Assembly (NCBI GenBank): GCA_964247055.1
Contig: OZ176051.1
Coordinates: 3,224,001-3,288,000 of the forward strand
DNA from: Paragordius varius
Lineage: Eukaryota; Animalia; Nematomorpha
Direction: 5' to 3'
Length of the DNA stretch: 64,000 bases
The notes beneath the pieces are model-generated. The model searched no databases, was not told the origin of the DNA, and saw only the letters and a program-made list of their open reading frames with translations. Below, in pieces: positions 13,351 through 25,473 of the stretch. Position numbers and translations under genes: made by a program. Each line of letters starts with the position of its first letter. The stretch's first letter is position 1.

Positions 13351-14129
13351 TGGGTGGGGAGATAAAAAGTCGCACTTGTAAGTCAAGCGTGGGAAGTCGA
13401 GCTTTACGTAAGCCAGCAAGTGTACACTTGAAGATCGGGAATAAAAAACACGTAAGTCAAGTTTTTTGCTCATGAATGTGACATTTTTTGCCATCCAATT
13501 CGAATTTCACGGAAATTATTTTAATCATTTTCAGCCAAAATTTATGAAATAAGGCACAAAAAGATAAACAATCAATCATTTATTGAATTTTTTCAAACTA
13601 AATGGCACGTATCTTATTTAATATAGATTTTTTTAATTATTCAGCCCGGTAACTAAAATTTTTAAGTTGATGAAACCATTCGCCCTTTAAACACTCTCTA
13701 TTGTTTTACACACTACTCATTTTGTTAGATGTGCAAATATAATGGGAATATGTTTATGCAATATAACATATTATAATTAATTGATTATCAATATTCGAAA
13801 AAAATTTATTATAAAACTCTTTACATGTTTTAATGTTGAAGTGATCTTTAGCGTTTATCATTTTACATAAAACGAAGATTTGAAAATTTTAAACAAGATT
13901 AATATCAAATTAATTTTAAGTTTTCGTGAAAATTGTTTTTGTGGGTTTACGGAATCAATTAATTTAGCTTTATCCTATGTGCATTGTTCTTAAATAATAC
14001 AGGGTTTTTTCTATAAATTTAGCCCCTTTTGTATCCACTCAATTTGATTAGGTTAATTAGCCAAAAATTATCAAATAAACAGTTTATAGCATTAACAAAG
14101 GTTTTAATTACATAAAAACTCTAAATTAT
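13351..14129 (+). mobile_element. Family A copy, left part (interrupted at 14130 by a Gypsy LTR; right part probably 22603-22816)
   Basis: Colinear with 7405-8185 and stops exactly at the LTR end. Confidence 0.75.
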
Positions 14130-14335
14130 TGTTTTAAGCGAGAGAAGAACAGTAAAGTTAAGATAATTTATTTAAGTGTACAGTAAAATAAAATTAAAGT
14201 AATAATGTGTGTGTGTAATAGATAATTTTCCGTTTATATATCTACTATAAAAGTAAATATTGTATGCGTTGCTATAATAAATTTGCGTTTCTATACAATT
14301 GGTGCTTTTAAATGTATTAAAATTATATATATAAC
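14130..14335 (-). repeat. 3' LTR (about 207 bp) of decayed Gypsy G2, split by hAT B2
   Basis: The minus strand reads PPT, then TGTTATATA (17637-17629), then the hAT, then GTTATATA...CTTAAAACA ending at 14130; TGTT...AACA ends. Confidence 0.75.
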
Positions 14336-17300
14336 TAGGGTGACCAGACGTCCCCCTTTTGGCGGGACAGTCCCGCTTTTTCACACTTTGTCCCGCGTCC
14401 CGCTACGTTTCTGAAATCCGATATATATTAAATTTTTTATAAAAAAATTATTTTTTTATCATTAGTTTTCTTTAAAATCTATATCATTTTTAAATTAAAA
14501 TTTTTTATTTTTAAATCAAAATATTTATTTTTTAGAATTTATATCATATGATTATACATGCTTCCTACTCCTACTGCCAACATTATCAAAAAGGCAAATT
14601 TTTACAACAAATTGGTATATACGTTTACTTCAGAAAATTAAGGTAATAAAATATTTTTTATACTAATATTAGTTTAAAAATATGAGTACAAAAAGAGGTT
14701 GTAAATTCAACGATGAATTTATGAAAAATAATCTTTTATCAAAAAATGAAGAATGAATCATTTGTTAAATGTTCTTTATTCGAGGGGGAATTCATCCTAG
14801 CACATGGCGGCAAGAATGATATTACAAAGCATATGGAAACACAGAAACATAAAAAATGTTTAGATATTGCGGCATCATGTTACAAAATGTGCAATTTTTA
14901 TCGAAAAACCGCTTTTGGAGAGGAAGAAAAGAATTTAGCACTAGCCGGGCGTTTTATTATTTCACGCCGTTAATCACAATCATTCTTTTAGATTTATGGA
15001 TTGTACCTCACAAGTTATTCGTACCTTATTTAATAAAAAATTTACATGTGCCCGTACAAAGGGTAAAGCCATTGTATTTAATGTCCTTTCGCCACATGCA
15101 TTTTGTGAAATACAAAAAGATTTGCTGAAAATTAATTTCATATCGCTATGCTCTGATGCATCAAATCACAAGGAAACAAAATTATTTCCCACTTTAATAC
15201 AATATTTTGATCTAGAAACCGGATTAAAAATTAAAATTTTATTTTTTATTTCCCTACCCGGTGATAATTACAACATAATTTTTACTTCAATAATGAATAT
15301 TCTAGAAAAAAATAATTTAAAAGACAAAATCGTAGCATATTGCGCTGACAACACCAATACGAACTTCGGTGGATAATCAAAGAGGGGAATAAAAAATATT
15401 TTTTCATAAATTTGCAGATAATTTTAATCAAAACATTATTGGCGTTGGGTGTGCAGCGCATATAATACACAACGCTATTTAAACAGCTGCTGATTTGCTA
15501 CCTCTAGATGTGGAATATGTAGTTGTTAATATATATTCTTATTTTTATAACGGTACGCATTGAAACGCTTAAGGAATTCTGTGAAAATGCAGAAGTTTAA
15601 TATCAAAAAATGCTTATAGCTATCGAAAGAATTTTAAAAATGTATGATCCTTTAAAATCCTATTTTTTATCACAGGACAAATGTCCTATGGAATTGAAAG
15701 TGATTGTTCAAAAATATGGTTAGAGTTCCTACATAATCAAGCTTCTCTATTTCAAAATGTTATTAAATTGATAAAAGGTGACAAAATTTTGGCAATCGAA
15801 GTAGCCAATGAAGTTAGTAATTTAAAATTCCAATGTCAAAAAAGGTTAGTAAATAATTTTATACCATTAACCATCCGCAATATTATAAATAATATAGAAA
15901 AACAAGGCCTAATAAATCGCCAAGATATCCTGTACATTATAAAAATGTTGTATACAAACTATAAAGATTATTTGGAAGACTGGACGGTGCAATTCAATGA
16001 AAATAATCATTTTCATTGGATAACATTAAAACCAGAATTTAATTGGTGCGATGTTCAAAAATCATTTGATTACATCTGCATCTCCAAAAATTCCCAAAAA
16101 AAACTTAAATTATGGCAACAGAAAAAAATACAGTAGAAAAGAAATGTAGAAATATTTCATCATTTTGAAAAAACAAACTATGTTCCATACAGTAATATTT
16201 TAAAAATTGTGGAATTTGCACTATATTTACCTTGAACAAACGCTGCTTCTGAGCACGCTTTTTTCCACAGTAAATCAGGTGTGACATCGGAAAAATTGAA
16301 TTTAAATATTGAAACTTTAAGGGCCATTTTTATCTATCAAATATAATTTGACAAATTCTTGTGAAGACTTCTACAATAATATTTTGTAAAATGATGACAA
16401 TCTGCTAAAACGCATCACTCAAATAAAAAATATACCAAAGAATAAAATATTTTTTTATACTTATAAATTTTTGTGATAAAATAAAAAAATTACTTTCAAA
16501 ATATATAAGTCTTCATAATGATTTGTCAAATTATATTTGAACACATAAAATGGCCTTTAAAGTTTCAACATTAAAATTTGATTTTTCCGTGTCCACACTT
16601 GATGTACTGCGGAAAAACGCGTTTGATAGCAGTGGTTCCAGGTAAAATGCAAATTCTACAATTTTTAAAATATTCTTGTATGGAATATATTTTGTTTAAA
16701 AATGATTATTTCAAACCATTCCTATTTTATTGTATTTTTTTTGTTGTCCACAATTTAAGTTTTCATTATCAATATATTTATTTAATAATGATACTTCAGA
16801 AAAAAGTGTCTTTGAATTGCACCGTCTTGTCTTCCAAATAACCTTTTCAGTTATAAAACATTTTTATCAGGCTATTCATTGAACCTTGTTTTTCAGGATT
16901 TATAATATTGCGATTAGGTAATGGTATAAAATTATTTTCTAACCTTTCTTGACTTGTAATTTTAGATATTTGTCCTGTGATAAAAAATAGAATTCTAGGC
17001 GATCATACATTTCTTAATTCAGCTGGCAAAAGAGCTAACCAACGAGTTCTACAACCAAGCATTTTAACAACTACATTTTCCAAATCCAGTGGTAACAAAT
17101 CGGGTGCTGCTTGAATAGCGTTGTGTATCCGCCAATAATGTTTTGATAATGATTATTCGATAAATTATTGAAAATATTTTTTTGTGCCGCTCCTTGCATT
17201 TCCACCCAGGCCACTTTGCGATGATTTTGTCTTTTAAATTATTTTTTCCCAGAATATTCATCATTGAAGTAAAATTTATGTCAGAATTTTCACTGGGTAG

Positions 17301-17628
17301 TGAATGAGAGTGGGAAATAATTTTGTGCATCAGAATACAGCGATATGAAATTTATTTTCTGCAAATCTTTTTCTATTTCAGAAAATGCATGTGGTGAAAG
17401 GATATTGCATACAATCGCTGCACCCTTTGTTCGCGCACATGTAAATTATCGAATAAGGTACGAATAACCTGAGACTAAGGAATAAAATATTTTTTTATAT
17501 TTATAATGTATTTGTGTTAAAAATAAATAAATATAATAAATTTTTTGTATAAAATTTTTTGGTTGCACCCCCATGCCCCCCTTCTCAGATATGTCCCGCT
17601 TTTTCCTTCAAAAAATCTGGTCACCCTA
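14336..17628 (+). mobile_element. hAT element B2 (3293 bp) with a transposase pseudogene and an internal inverted second transposase copy
   Basis: TIRs TAGGGTGACCAGA / TCTGGTCACCCTA; perfect 8-bp TSD TATATAAC (14328-14335, 17629-17636); + strand transposase relic about 14682-16430; inverted relic about 16490-17475. Confidence 0.92.
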
Positions 17629-17637
17629 TATATAACA

Positions 17638-20600
17638 TATCTTCCCCCTCATGTCCCAAATCTCTAGGGGGCTTTCCTGGTAGTGGTCGGATACCGCCTA
17701 CTGTTTGTTGGGTAGGAGGTATTATCTCCGGTCATTGCAGGTTTCTTCGATGACTCGGAATAATCGCTATCCGGCTCTTGGGTGGTATCTAGCTTGCCTG
17801 TTTCCCCATTAATTTTGTCCTTATACCCTAGCTTGTCGGAACCCATTGTTGGATTGTCATTGATTCTTCTACTATCACCCTCATCTAGCTGATCCTTGTT
17901 CGTTTTACCAACTCTGATTAACCCATTATAATCTAACTTGTGAGTGCCCATGTCAGTTGTTGTACCTTCTCGTATGACCGTCACCACCGCTGTCCGAAAA
18001 TCCCCGGTTTCTTGGTTGACTAGCATGTTTCTTTACTACCTTTTCGTCATGCCTCACGTGGTATGACAACCACCATTCTATCCAAAACGACTCCTTCCCT
18101 CCATCCAGGACTAATTGTTTTTGATGTATTTTTCTCTCCTTTCTTATTGGTATGTCCGGGCTATCTAAAAATTCCGTTAGTGTCGTTTTCAACAAAGTTA
18201 GTGGACTATTAATCGTAAGTTTTATGAATAGATGAGCTGGATATATTTTGATGGAGGAATGGGGGGTTCTATACGCCCACAAGGTTTAGTTGAGTCGTCG
18301 GTCGGTGTCTAGTAAGTTGCCGGTTTTTTTTCATCGCTTAGTAATTTAAAGTATAAATGGTCCTCTCTACTAAACCGTTGATCTGTGGATGGTATGGTAC
18401 TGACGTGACGTGTTTAATATTTGAGCATGCCAGAGTTTTTTCAATCTTAAATGATTTAAAATAGAGCGCGTTGTCTGTTATTATCATCTTGGGGTCCCAA
18501 AACTGCTAAACATTTTTCCAAAAATTAATTTAAATATATTTGTAGTATTAACCGTTTTTGTACTTTCCACTTCAACCCATCGTGTACAGTGATCAATTAA
18601 TACCATCCCATATGCATTATATACGGGGCTGGCAATATCTAGGTGTGGTCGCTCTCATTTGTTGGTGTTTTGATTCCACTTATATGTTGGGTTTTCTGGT
18701 ATATTTGGACGTCGTGTTTGACATTTTTTATCATTTTCAATGTTTTGTTTTTACTTTGGGACGGTTTTATACTATTTTCCGAAATAATGTCTCCTAAGTA
18801 TTCTACGGTGAAACAATTTAAACTTATCTCTTAATTTTAGGCCAATACTTTAAATTTGTTTTGGCACCTCAAGTGAATTTTTAAAATGTTCTCTATCTGT
18901 TTCGCCGAGAACAATTACATCATCTAAATACACGGCTACCCCCTTACAATTTCAAAATAACTTGTTCATAATTTGTTGGAAAAAACTGGGGGCACATTAG
19001 GCCGAATGGCATGCGTTTAAACTAGAAAAAACCATATGCATTGATATAGTCAACAAGTTTTGGCTTCCCGTAACTATGGATATTTGTAGATAAGCGTCCT
19101 TGAGCTCGAGTGTTGAGAATGTTTTACAGCAAATACGAGCAATCAGGTCATTAAACGCTGGAATTATGTACTGGGCTACTCTGTTAAGGGGGTTATTACT
19201 TCCTTCAAAATCGGCACATATTATTCTAACTTGCCCAATTCGGTTTTAGGACATCTACCGTTGGGCTTGCCAAATTTATGCGAGTTTGTGTCGGGTCGAC
19301 AGGTTTTTCAAGATCTACAAGTCTTTTTATCTCCAACTCAACCTTATCAACAAGTACTAACGGCATTTGGCTTGGTGAAATTTTTCCCCTATTATTGTCT
19401 AGATATATTTTAAATGGGCTGCCTCGAGCCCTTTTGAAAATAATTTAGAAAATTTGTCATATATGTTATATTCACATAACGAATTTATTTTGACATTTTC
19501 AGGAAATTAGATTTAAGTCGACCCAGTCCATTCCAAAAATAGGAAGTAGGTTGTGTACAATTGGTGTTTTATATCGTTTACTTGTATTTCAACGGAACAT
19601 TTCCCTAATATATGTACTCTATTATGCTTATATGTTTGAATAATAACATTATTATTGTCAATCGCTGTTATATTAGGTTTATCTACTTTTACCCAGTTCT
19701 GGACATTTAATTGAAATGTCCGACCCGTTATCTAAAATCATTTCGATTTCTATATTTTTTATTTTTGGACAAATTTTGGGTTTTTTATTATTATTACGAT
19801 ATGCGTAAACTTTTAAATTTACCTGGAATACTGTCGTGAAATGATTCGTTTGTTGATATTTATAACATACGGACATTGACCCAACCTATGATTTCTGCCA
19901 CATTTTCGACAGTTTCGCCGGGGATCATGGAGGGAGGTAGTAAATTCGCGGCTGGTTTTATGTTTATTACTATTGACATTTGATTTGTTAATCGCTGTCT
20001 ATTTGGATCTCTTCTGAATCTCTATTGTGGGTATTGTTATTGTGGTACGCATTATTTTATTTAGCGTCAACACCTCCAAACTAGCGATACCGCGCTTTTT
20101 CGGGCGATAAGGCGATCTTTGCGACTGTATTAAGAGATCCGGATTCCCGTTTTTGAAGGCTACTGGGAATCGTGTGAATAATTCCAGCTCCACAGCTTGT
20201 TCGTTCAATCTTGGGATGAGCACATCGCGTATGTGTTTATCGATGTTAGTAAAACTGGCAGTGCATTGCCATTTGTTCCACTTAGGGTGAAAAATCAGTG
20301 AAGCTCTCAGCGCTTTCCCTCCTCATTTTTATGAATTTAAAACGTGATGAAAAAATATTGAAGGGGGAAAATATTTTTAAACTTGCATTGAGTTCTTCCC
20401 ACGGTATAGTGGTAATCAATTTTGGATAGAAATAGTTTTCAATTTTGTGCACGAATCTCACCAAACGCCAATAAGCAGGCTCTTATATTCTTAACAGTTA
20501 CTGGCAAACTCTATACGGAGAGATATATTTTAATGTATAAGATATCTATATGAAAAATGGAAAATGCTGGGTTTGTGATCTGTTTCCGGAAAACTGGTAG

Positions 20601-20750
20601 ACCCATTCAAATCCAAATGTCGAAAAATATAATCATTGATGAATGCCCCAATAGCTTCGCCCTTTTTTAAATTACCTAGTTCTGGCCCACCCCGTGTAAA
20701 AAACGGGTTTTTTTTGAAAGCAGAAGTCCATAAAAATCGTGAATTTGACA
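17638..20750 (-). pseudogene. Decayed Ty3/Gypsy G2 gag-pol (relative of G1)
   Basis: Gag fragments similar to G1 (KIENYFYP, C..CG..H..G.CP), protease LDNGSD, RT KRMPFGL and YLDDV, integrase HVTSVPYHPQINGLVERTI, PPT GAGGGGGAAG at 17650-17641. Confidence 0.85.
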
Positions 20751-20929
20751 AATATCCGGAAAACGTGTTGGACCGTTCGATTTCAAATATATTTTTTTTT
20801 ACTTTTTTCGATTGCGCCGAACATAGTCGGCTCGCTTTTTTAATTTAGACCTTTTTACCCGCTCCCTCCGTAAAATGCCATTTTTTTTCAAAAAAATTAA
20901 GTCCACAAAAACAATTTTTTTAATCTATT

Positions 20930-22534
20930 TTTCGCCCAAGGTATGAGGCCGTAAAAATTCAATAATACAGGTATTCCTTGTTAAAGGCAAAAATTTTAGT
21001 CGAGCGTTTCTTTTTTATTGGCTGCCGGGTAAGGAGATCCCGCTAAAAACTGACTGTCATATCGAAATAGCGTGCTTTTCGCGCTAAATTTCAGAAAACC
21101 TATCAAACCAATGAGTTCAATAGCTGCTTAAAATAATTGCCGTAACGAGGAAAAAATTTAGGTCGTGCGGTTTTTTACATTAGCCCTCAATTAGGCCCTT
21201 TACGCCCTGAAAAATGCGCCATAGAATGATTTTTTAGTTTTGAGGCAATCAAAAACTAATGAGAACATTTGGAACAATCATGATTCCAGGTATTCTCCGT
21301 AAAAAGGCAAAAATTTTAATCAAGCGCTTTTTTGTAACAGCCTCTGGGTAGGGAGGTACCCGCCTAAAACTGCGCCACCATATGGAAATTGCGTTGTTTA
21401 GGAGTTAAGGCAAAAATTAAGTCGAGCGGTTATAGGCCCTTGCCCAGAAAAAGGAGCCACTGCAGAATGACTTTTTGGTTTTGAGGTAATTTTTCGAAAA
21501 TCTCACGAGAGCAGATGGAATTAATCATGATTTCAAATATTACCCGAATTAAAGCAAGAATTCGAATCCAGCGTTTTTTTTTATTTTGCCCCTGGTTAGG
21601 GGGGTAGCCGCGTAAAACGGCATCACCATATCGATACAGCACTTTGGGCCAAATTTCAGAAAACCTATGAGACAAATAGGAACATTTGAAATCCTAGATA
21701 ATTGATATTCCCCTTATAAAGGCATAGATTTTGCCTAACACTTTTTATACCTGCCCCTAGGTAAGGAGCTACCCGCAAAAACTGCGCCACTATATAGAAA
21801 TTGTGTTGTTTTGGAGCTAATTTCAGAAAATTTATGAAGCTGAGCTTATTAAAAGCTTAATGTATTACCCGTAACTATGTAAAAATTAAAGTCAGGCTTT
21901 TTTTATTAGCCGTTAATTAATTTGGGGCCTCTATACCTTTAAAATACGCCATCATATAATGATTAGTTGGTGTTGAGGTATTTTTTCGAATCACCCATGA
22001 GATGATGGTATCAAAGATGATTCCAAATATTTGACCTATAAAGGCAAAGAATTTAACTCAGTGCTTTTTCCATATAGGTATATGGGTAGGAATATACCGG
22101 TTCAAAACTGAGACGCCATACAAAAATGGCGTGGTTTTGGAGCTAATTTTAAAAAAATTATACGAGTTCAGTCAAACACATTTCTGGGGAATTTGTATGA
22201 TATCATTCTTTCCTTTAAAAAGGGACCACAAATTATTTACTTTTTATATCCCTTGATCCTGTGTGAACACAATTTCAAGTAACCATGATTTCGTAAAACG
22301 AAAATAAAATAAATCCAATGATAGTTGAATATTAACTTTGATAAGGGACAGTTTAAATATGATCATTTTCGTGTAAATATATTTGAGTCTATGCAAAAAC
22401 CCGTAAAAGAATAACTAAAGACATTCTTTGTATTTAATATGTTTTTTTATTATTTTTTTCTTCATAACCTCTATCATGCAAATTATTAAAATTATCGGAA
22501 CTGCGTCACAACGAAGCGTGACAGGGCCAGCTAG
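20930..22534 (+). mobile_element. Non-autonomous Helitron H1 with degenerate 150-190-bp internal repeats
   Basis: 3' hairpin GTCAC-N8-GTGAC followed by CTAG|T at 22531-22534; the 3' 370 bp are shared with 33314-33688; the repeat unit also occurs upstream of the Helitron Rep at 43020-43150; 5' end approximate. Confidence 0.7.
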
Positions 22535-22602
22535 TATTCGATAAAATTCAAATTTGGATTGAATGTATTAAGATTCAATCGTTCCATGGCCGCGCCACTG
22601 TT

Positions 22603-22816
22603 GTTTCCAAAATAATTTTATCCACATTTTTAAATCTGCATTGACCTACATTATACTTGCAAAATCTTTAAGTTTTCCTTGATCACATGATAATGTATCA
22701 CCTTTGTATCAAGTTTTCTTGCTTAACTTTCTAATAAATATTTTTATCACATGAAAGCAAGCCATGACTTGAAAAACTTGCAAGTCAAGTTAAAAAATTT
22801 ATCACCTTACCCTAAA
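22603..22816 (+). mobile_element. Family A right-terminal part
   Basis: Matches 8195-8423. Confidence 0.7.
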
Positions 22817-23121
22817 ATTTAAATTTTTTTAATATTGATTTGCTTTTCGTTATATGTATATGATACATTTTAAGGATGTTTTTAAAAAAGCATATAGCTT
22901 TCACCAAAAAAAATAATTAAATAAATGTGCGCAAACTTCATTTTCTGATTCGGAGCATTTATCACAATGCAAAAAACTTTTTTAATACTTCGATTCAAAT
23001 TAGGATATCCAGTGACTTCAGACTATATTTTATTGACATTTTTAGAAAACTACAGAAAGAAACGGTTCTAATATAATTTGTTTATCTGTATCTATATATT
23101 TATAAAAATAAGAGGTGTGAG

Positions 23122-23688
23122 TAAGGTTGTGCATTTAATAGCTTTTTCAAAAAAGTACGGTCAACCCAGTCAGACCATGGTCATGACCACTGTCATAATC
23201 ACTTTTACTTAAGTAAATATCATGCGATATTGGATTGTGAAAATAATGTTCGAAAGACACTTCTGTTTATTAATAATGTCATGTTTCTTAAAAGTTTGTA
23301 TGATACATTTGATATTTATTATTTACAAATATTTTCAATCAAATTTAATTAAAATTTTGTTTTCAAATAAATTATGTCACATGTTTGCGGCCTTCTGAAT
23401 CTTCAAATTAACTTTTAATACTAGATATTTTAAATAAAATTTTACCTAGCTTGTTTTACACTATGCTAAAATGCTAACGTTTTAAGGATGCATGTTTAAT
23501 AATTTTATATTGTTAAATAAGCATATTTAAATATTTAATTTATATTTAATAAAAAATAAATAAAAAAATCTTACTATCTCTCTTCCTGAAAAAATTTACC
23601 AGCAATTTCAAAAAACATCTCTATTTTAGATGACCATGGTCAAAAAAATAGTCACTGACCTGGTCATGACTTGGTCAGCACAACCCTA
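23122..23688. mobile_element. Non-autonomous hAT (567 bp)
   Basis: TIR TAAGGTTGTGC / GCACAACCCTA; perfect 8-bp TSD GGTGTGAG; subterminal TGACC/GGTCA repeats. Confidence 0.88.
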
Positions 23689-24599
23689 GGTGTGAGCTAT
23701 GAGCAAGGCTTGAAAAAACCGATAATCCCGTTCCGATTTTAAAGTAAAATTTATTTTATAATTTATTATAATATACGCCAACAGTAACTAAGCCCTCTTT
23801 TGAATTAGGCCCTGATTTTTGTTCCACCCCGTGATGGGTTTTTTAAACAAAAACTGATTTTGAAGCACGTTCCCAAAAAACTTGTGGGCGGAATTCAATA
23901 GTGAACTTTTTATAAAGTTTACAAAGGCGTCGAGGGTGACTAGGCCCTTTTTGAAATTGGCCCTTCAGTTCCACCCCGCCCATCTAAAAATGAGTTTTTT
24001 GAACAAAATTAGTTTAAGTGCGCATTCGCTTTCAATAGCGTACTTTTTTTATTATATAACTGCCGAAAGTGGCTAAGCCCTAGTTTTAAATTAGCCCCGT
24101 TCATTTTCACAAAAATAGTGGCTTTAAAGCAATTTTCCGTAAAACATATTCATAATTTAAAATTAGAAATATAGATGCCACGCTGACAACTGAATCTTAA
24201 TTTTACTTCTGTTAAATCTCACCCATGAAAAGAAGTTTTCCATAAAAGTGACTTTAAAGCATTTTACCGCAAAACATATCACACCTTTAACAATGAGACT
24301 AAATAAAAATGTAAAGACCAATACTAAGCTTTATTTGATAATCGGATATAAAAAATGCATCCATCTAGTTACATATGTTTGCACTCTACGAATTTTGAAA
24401 TTACTCTCTTTAATATACTTTAATCTATTAAATTCAGGAATTTTCAGCATTTTTTTAAACACAGAAAATACTGTTCCCACGAATTTTAACCGAGCGCAAT
24501 TTTAAAAATGGTTTTTGGATTAGGCTTCACCCGATGCGTATTTAACAGATTATTTTTTTAACCGTATTAATTCATGATATTTTGGTGTTTTATACCCCA

Positions 24600-25465
24600 G
24601 GTCCATTTAAATTTAAATATCTTTAATAATGTAATAACAGTTGTTATATCCGTAAGATAAATATAAACGAAAATTAAGAAAATTAACTGAAAATATATTT
24701 ATAAACTGAAATTATAAATGATATGTGAAACCCTTTTGTCAATAGTAATCGTAGACTAGTTTCGTGCTTATTAGCACTCATCAGTACGACACAACCATTA
24801 GACTTGGGGTTTTCACATAACGATTTCGTATATATATATATATATATATATATACAACTTTGCAATTTTGTTATAAAAGCAGTTGGTTATACGTTAAATT
24901 AAATTTAATTTATATTGAAATTTAACTGAAAATTTGAAAATAAAATGAAAATTAAAACTAGGTTTTAGATTTAGAATATAGCTACTTACGGATTTTATAG
25001 AAATCAATTAAAAAACTAATCTATGTTGTTAAGAAACATAAGATAAAGATTATATTTTGGTAAATGACGGATTGATTATGTTTTGTAAAAACATTAAAAT
25101 CTAGGGTTAAACCTAGTGTTGATCTTCAGTTTATTTTCAAATTTTCAATTTAATTTTCATGAATGTCAATTAAATTTAATTTAAATTCGTATAACCGACT
25201 GCATTCATACCAATGCAAAAATCGATATATATACGAAATCGATATCCAAGTCTAAAAATTGTGTACTGATGAGTGCTAATAAGCTTACTATTGACAAAAG
25301 GGTCTCACATATCATTTATAATTTCAGTTTATAAATATAATTTTCAATTAATTTTCTATTTGATTTTCGTTTATTATTATCGTACAGATTTAACAACTGT
25401 TATCTTTAAAAATAGTTTTAGCATTGATCCAAATTTAAAAAATGCATTATTTAGCCCGTAAAGGG
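24600..25465. repeat. Roughly 0.87-kb foldback (long imperfect inverted repeat)
   Basis: 24620-24970 is the reverse complement of 25100-25420 (e.g. TTATTAGCACTCATCAGTAC / GTACTGATGAGTGCTAATAA). Confidence 0.75.
24829..24853. repeat. (TA)n microsatellite
   Basis: Direct inspection. Confidence 0.95.
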
Positions 25466-25473
25466 GTGGATAA

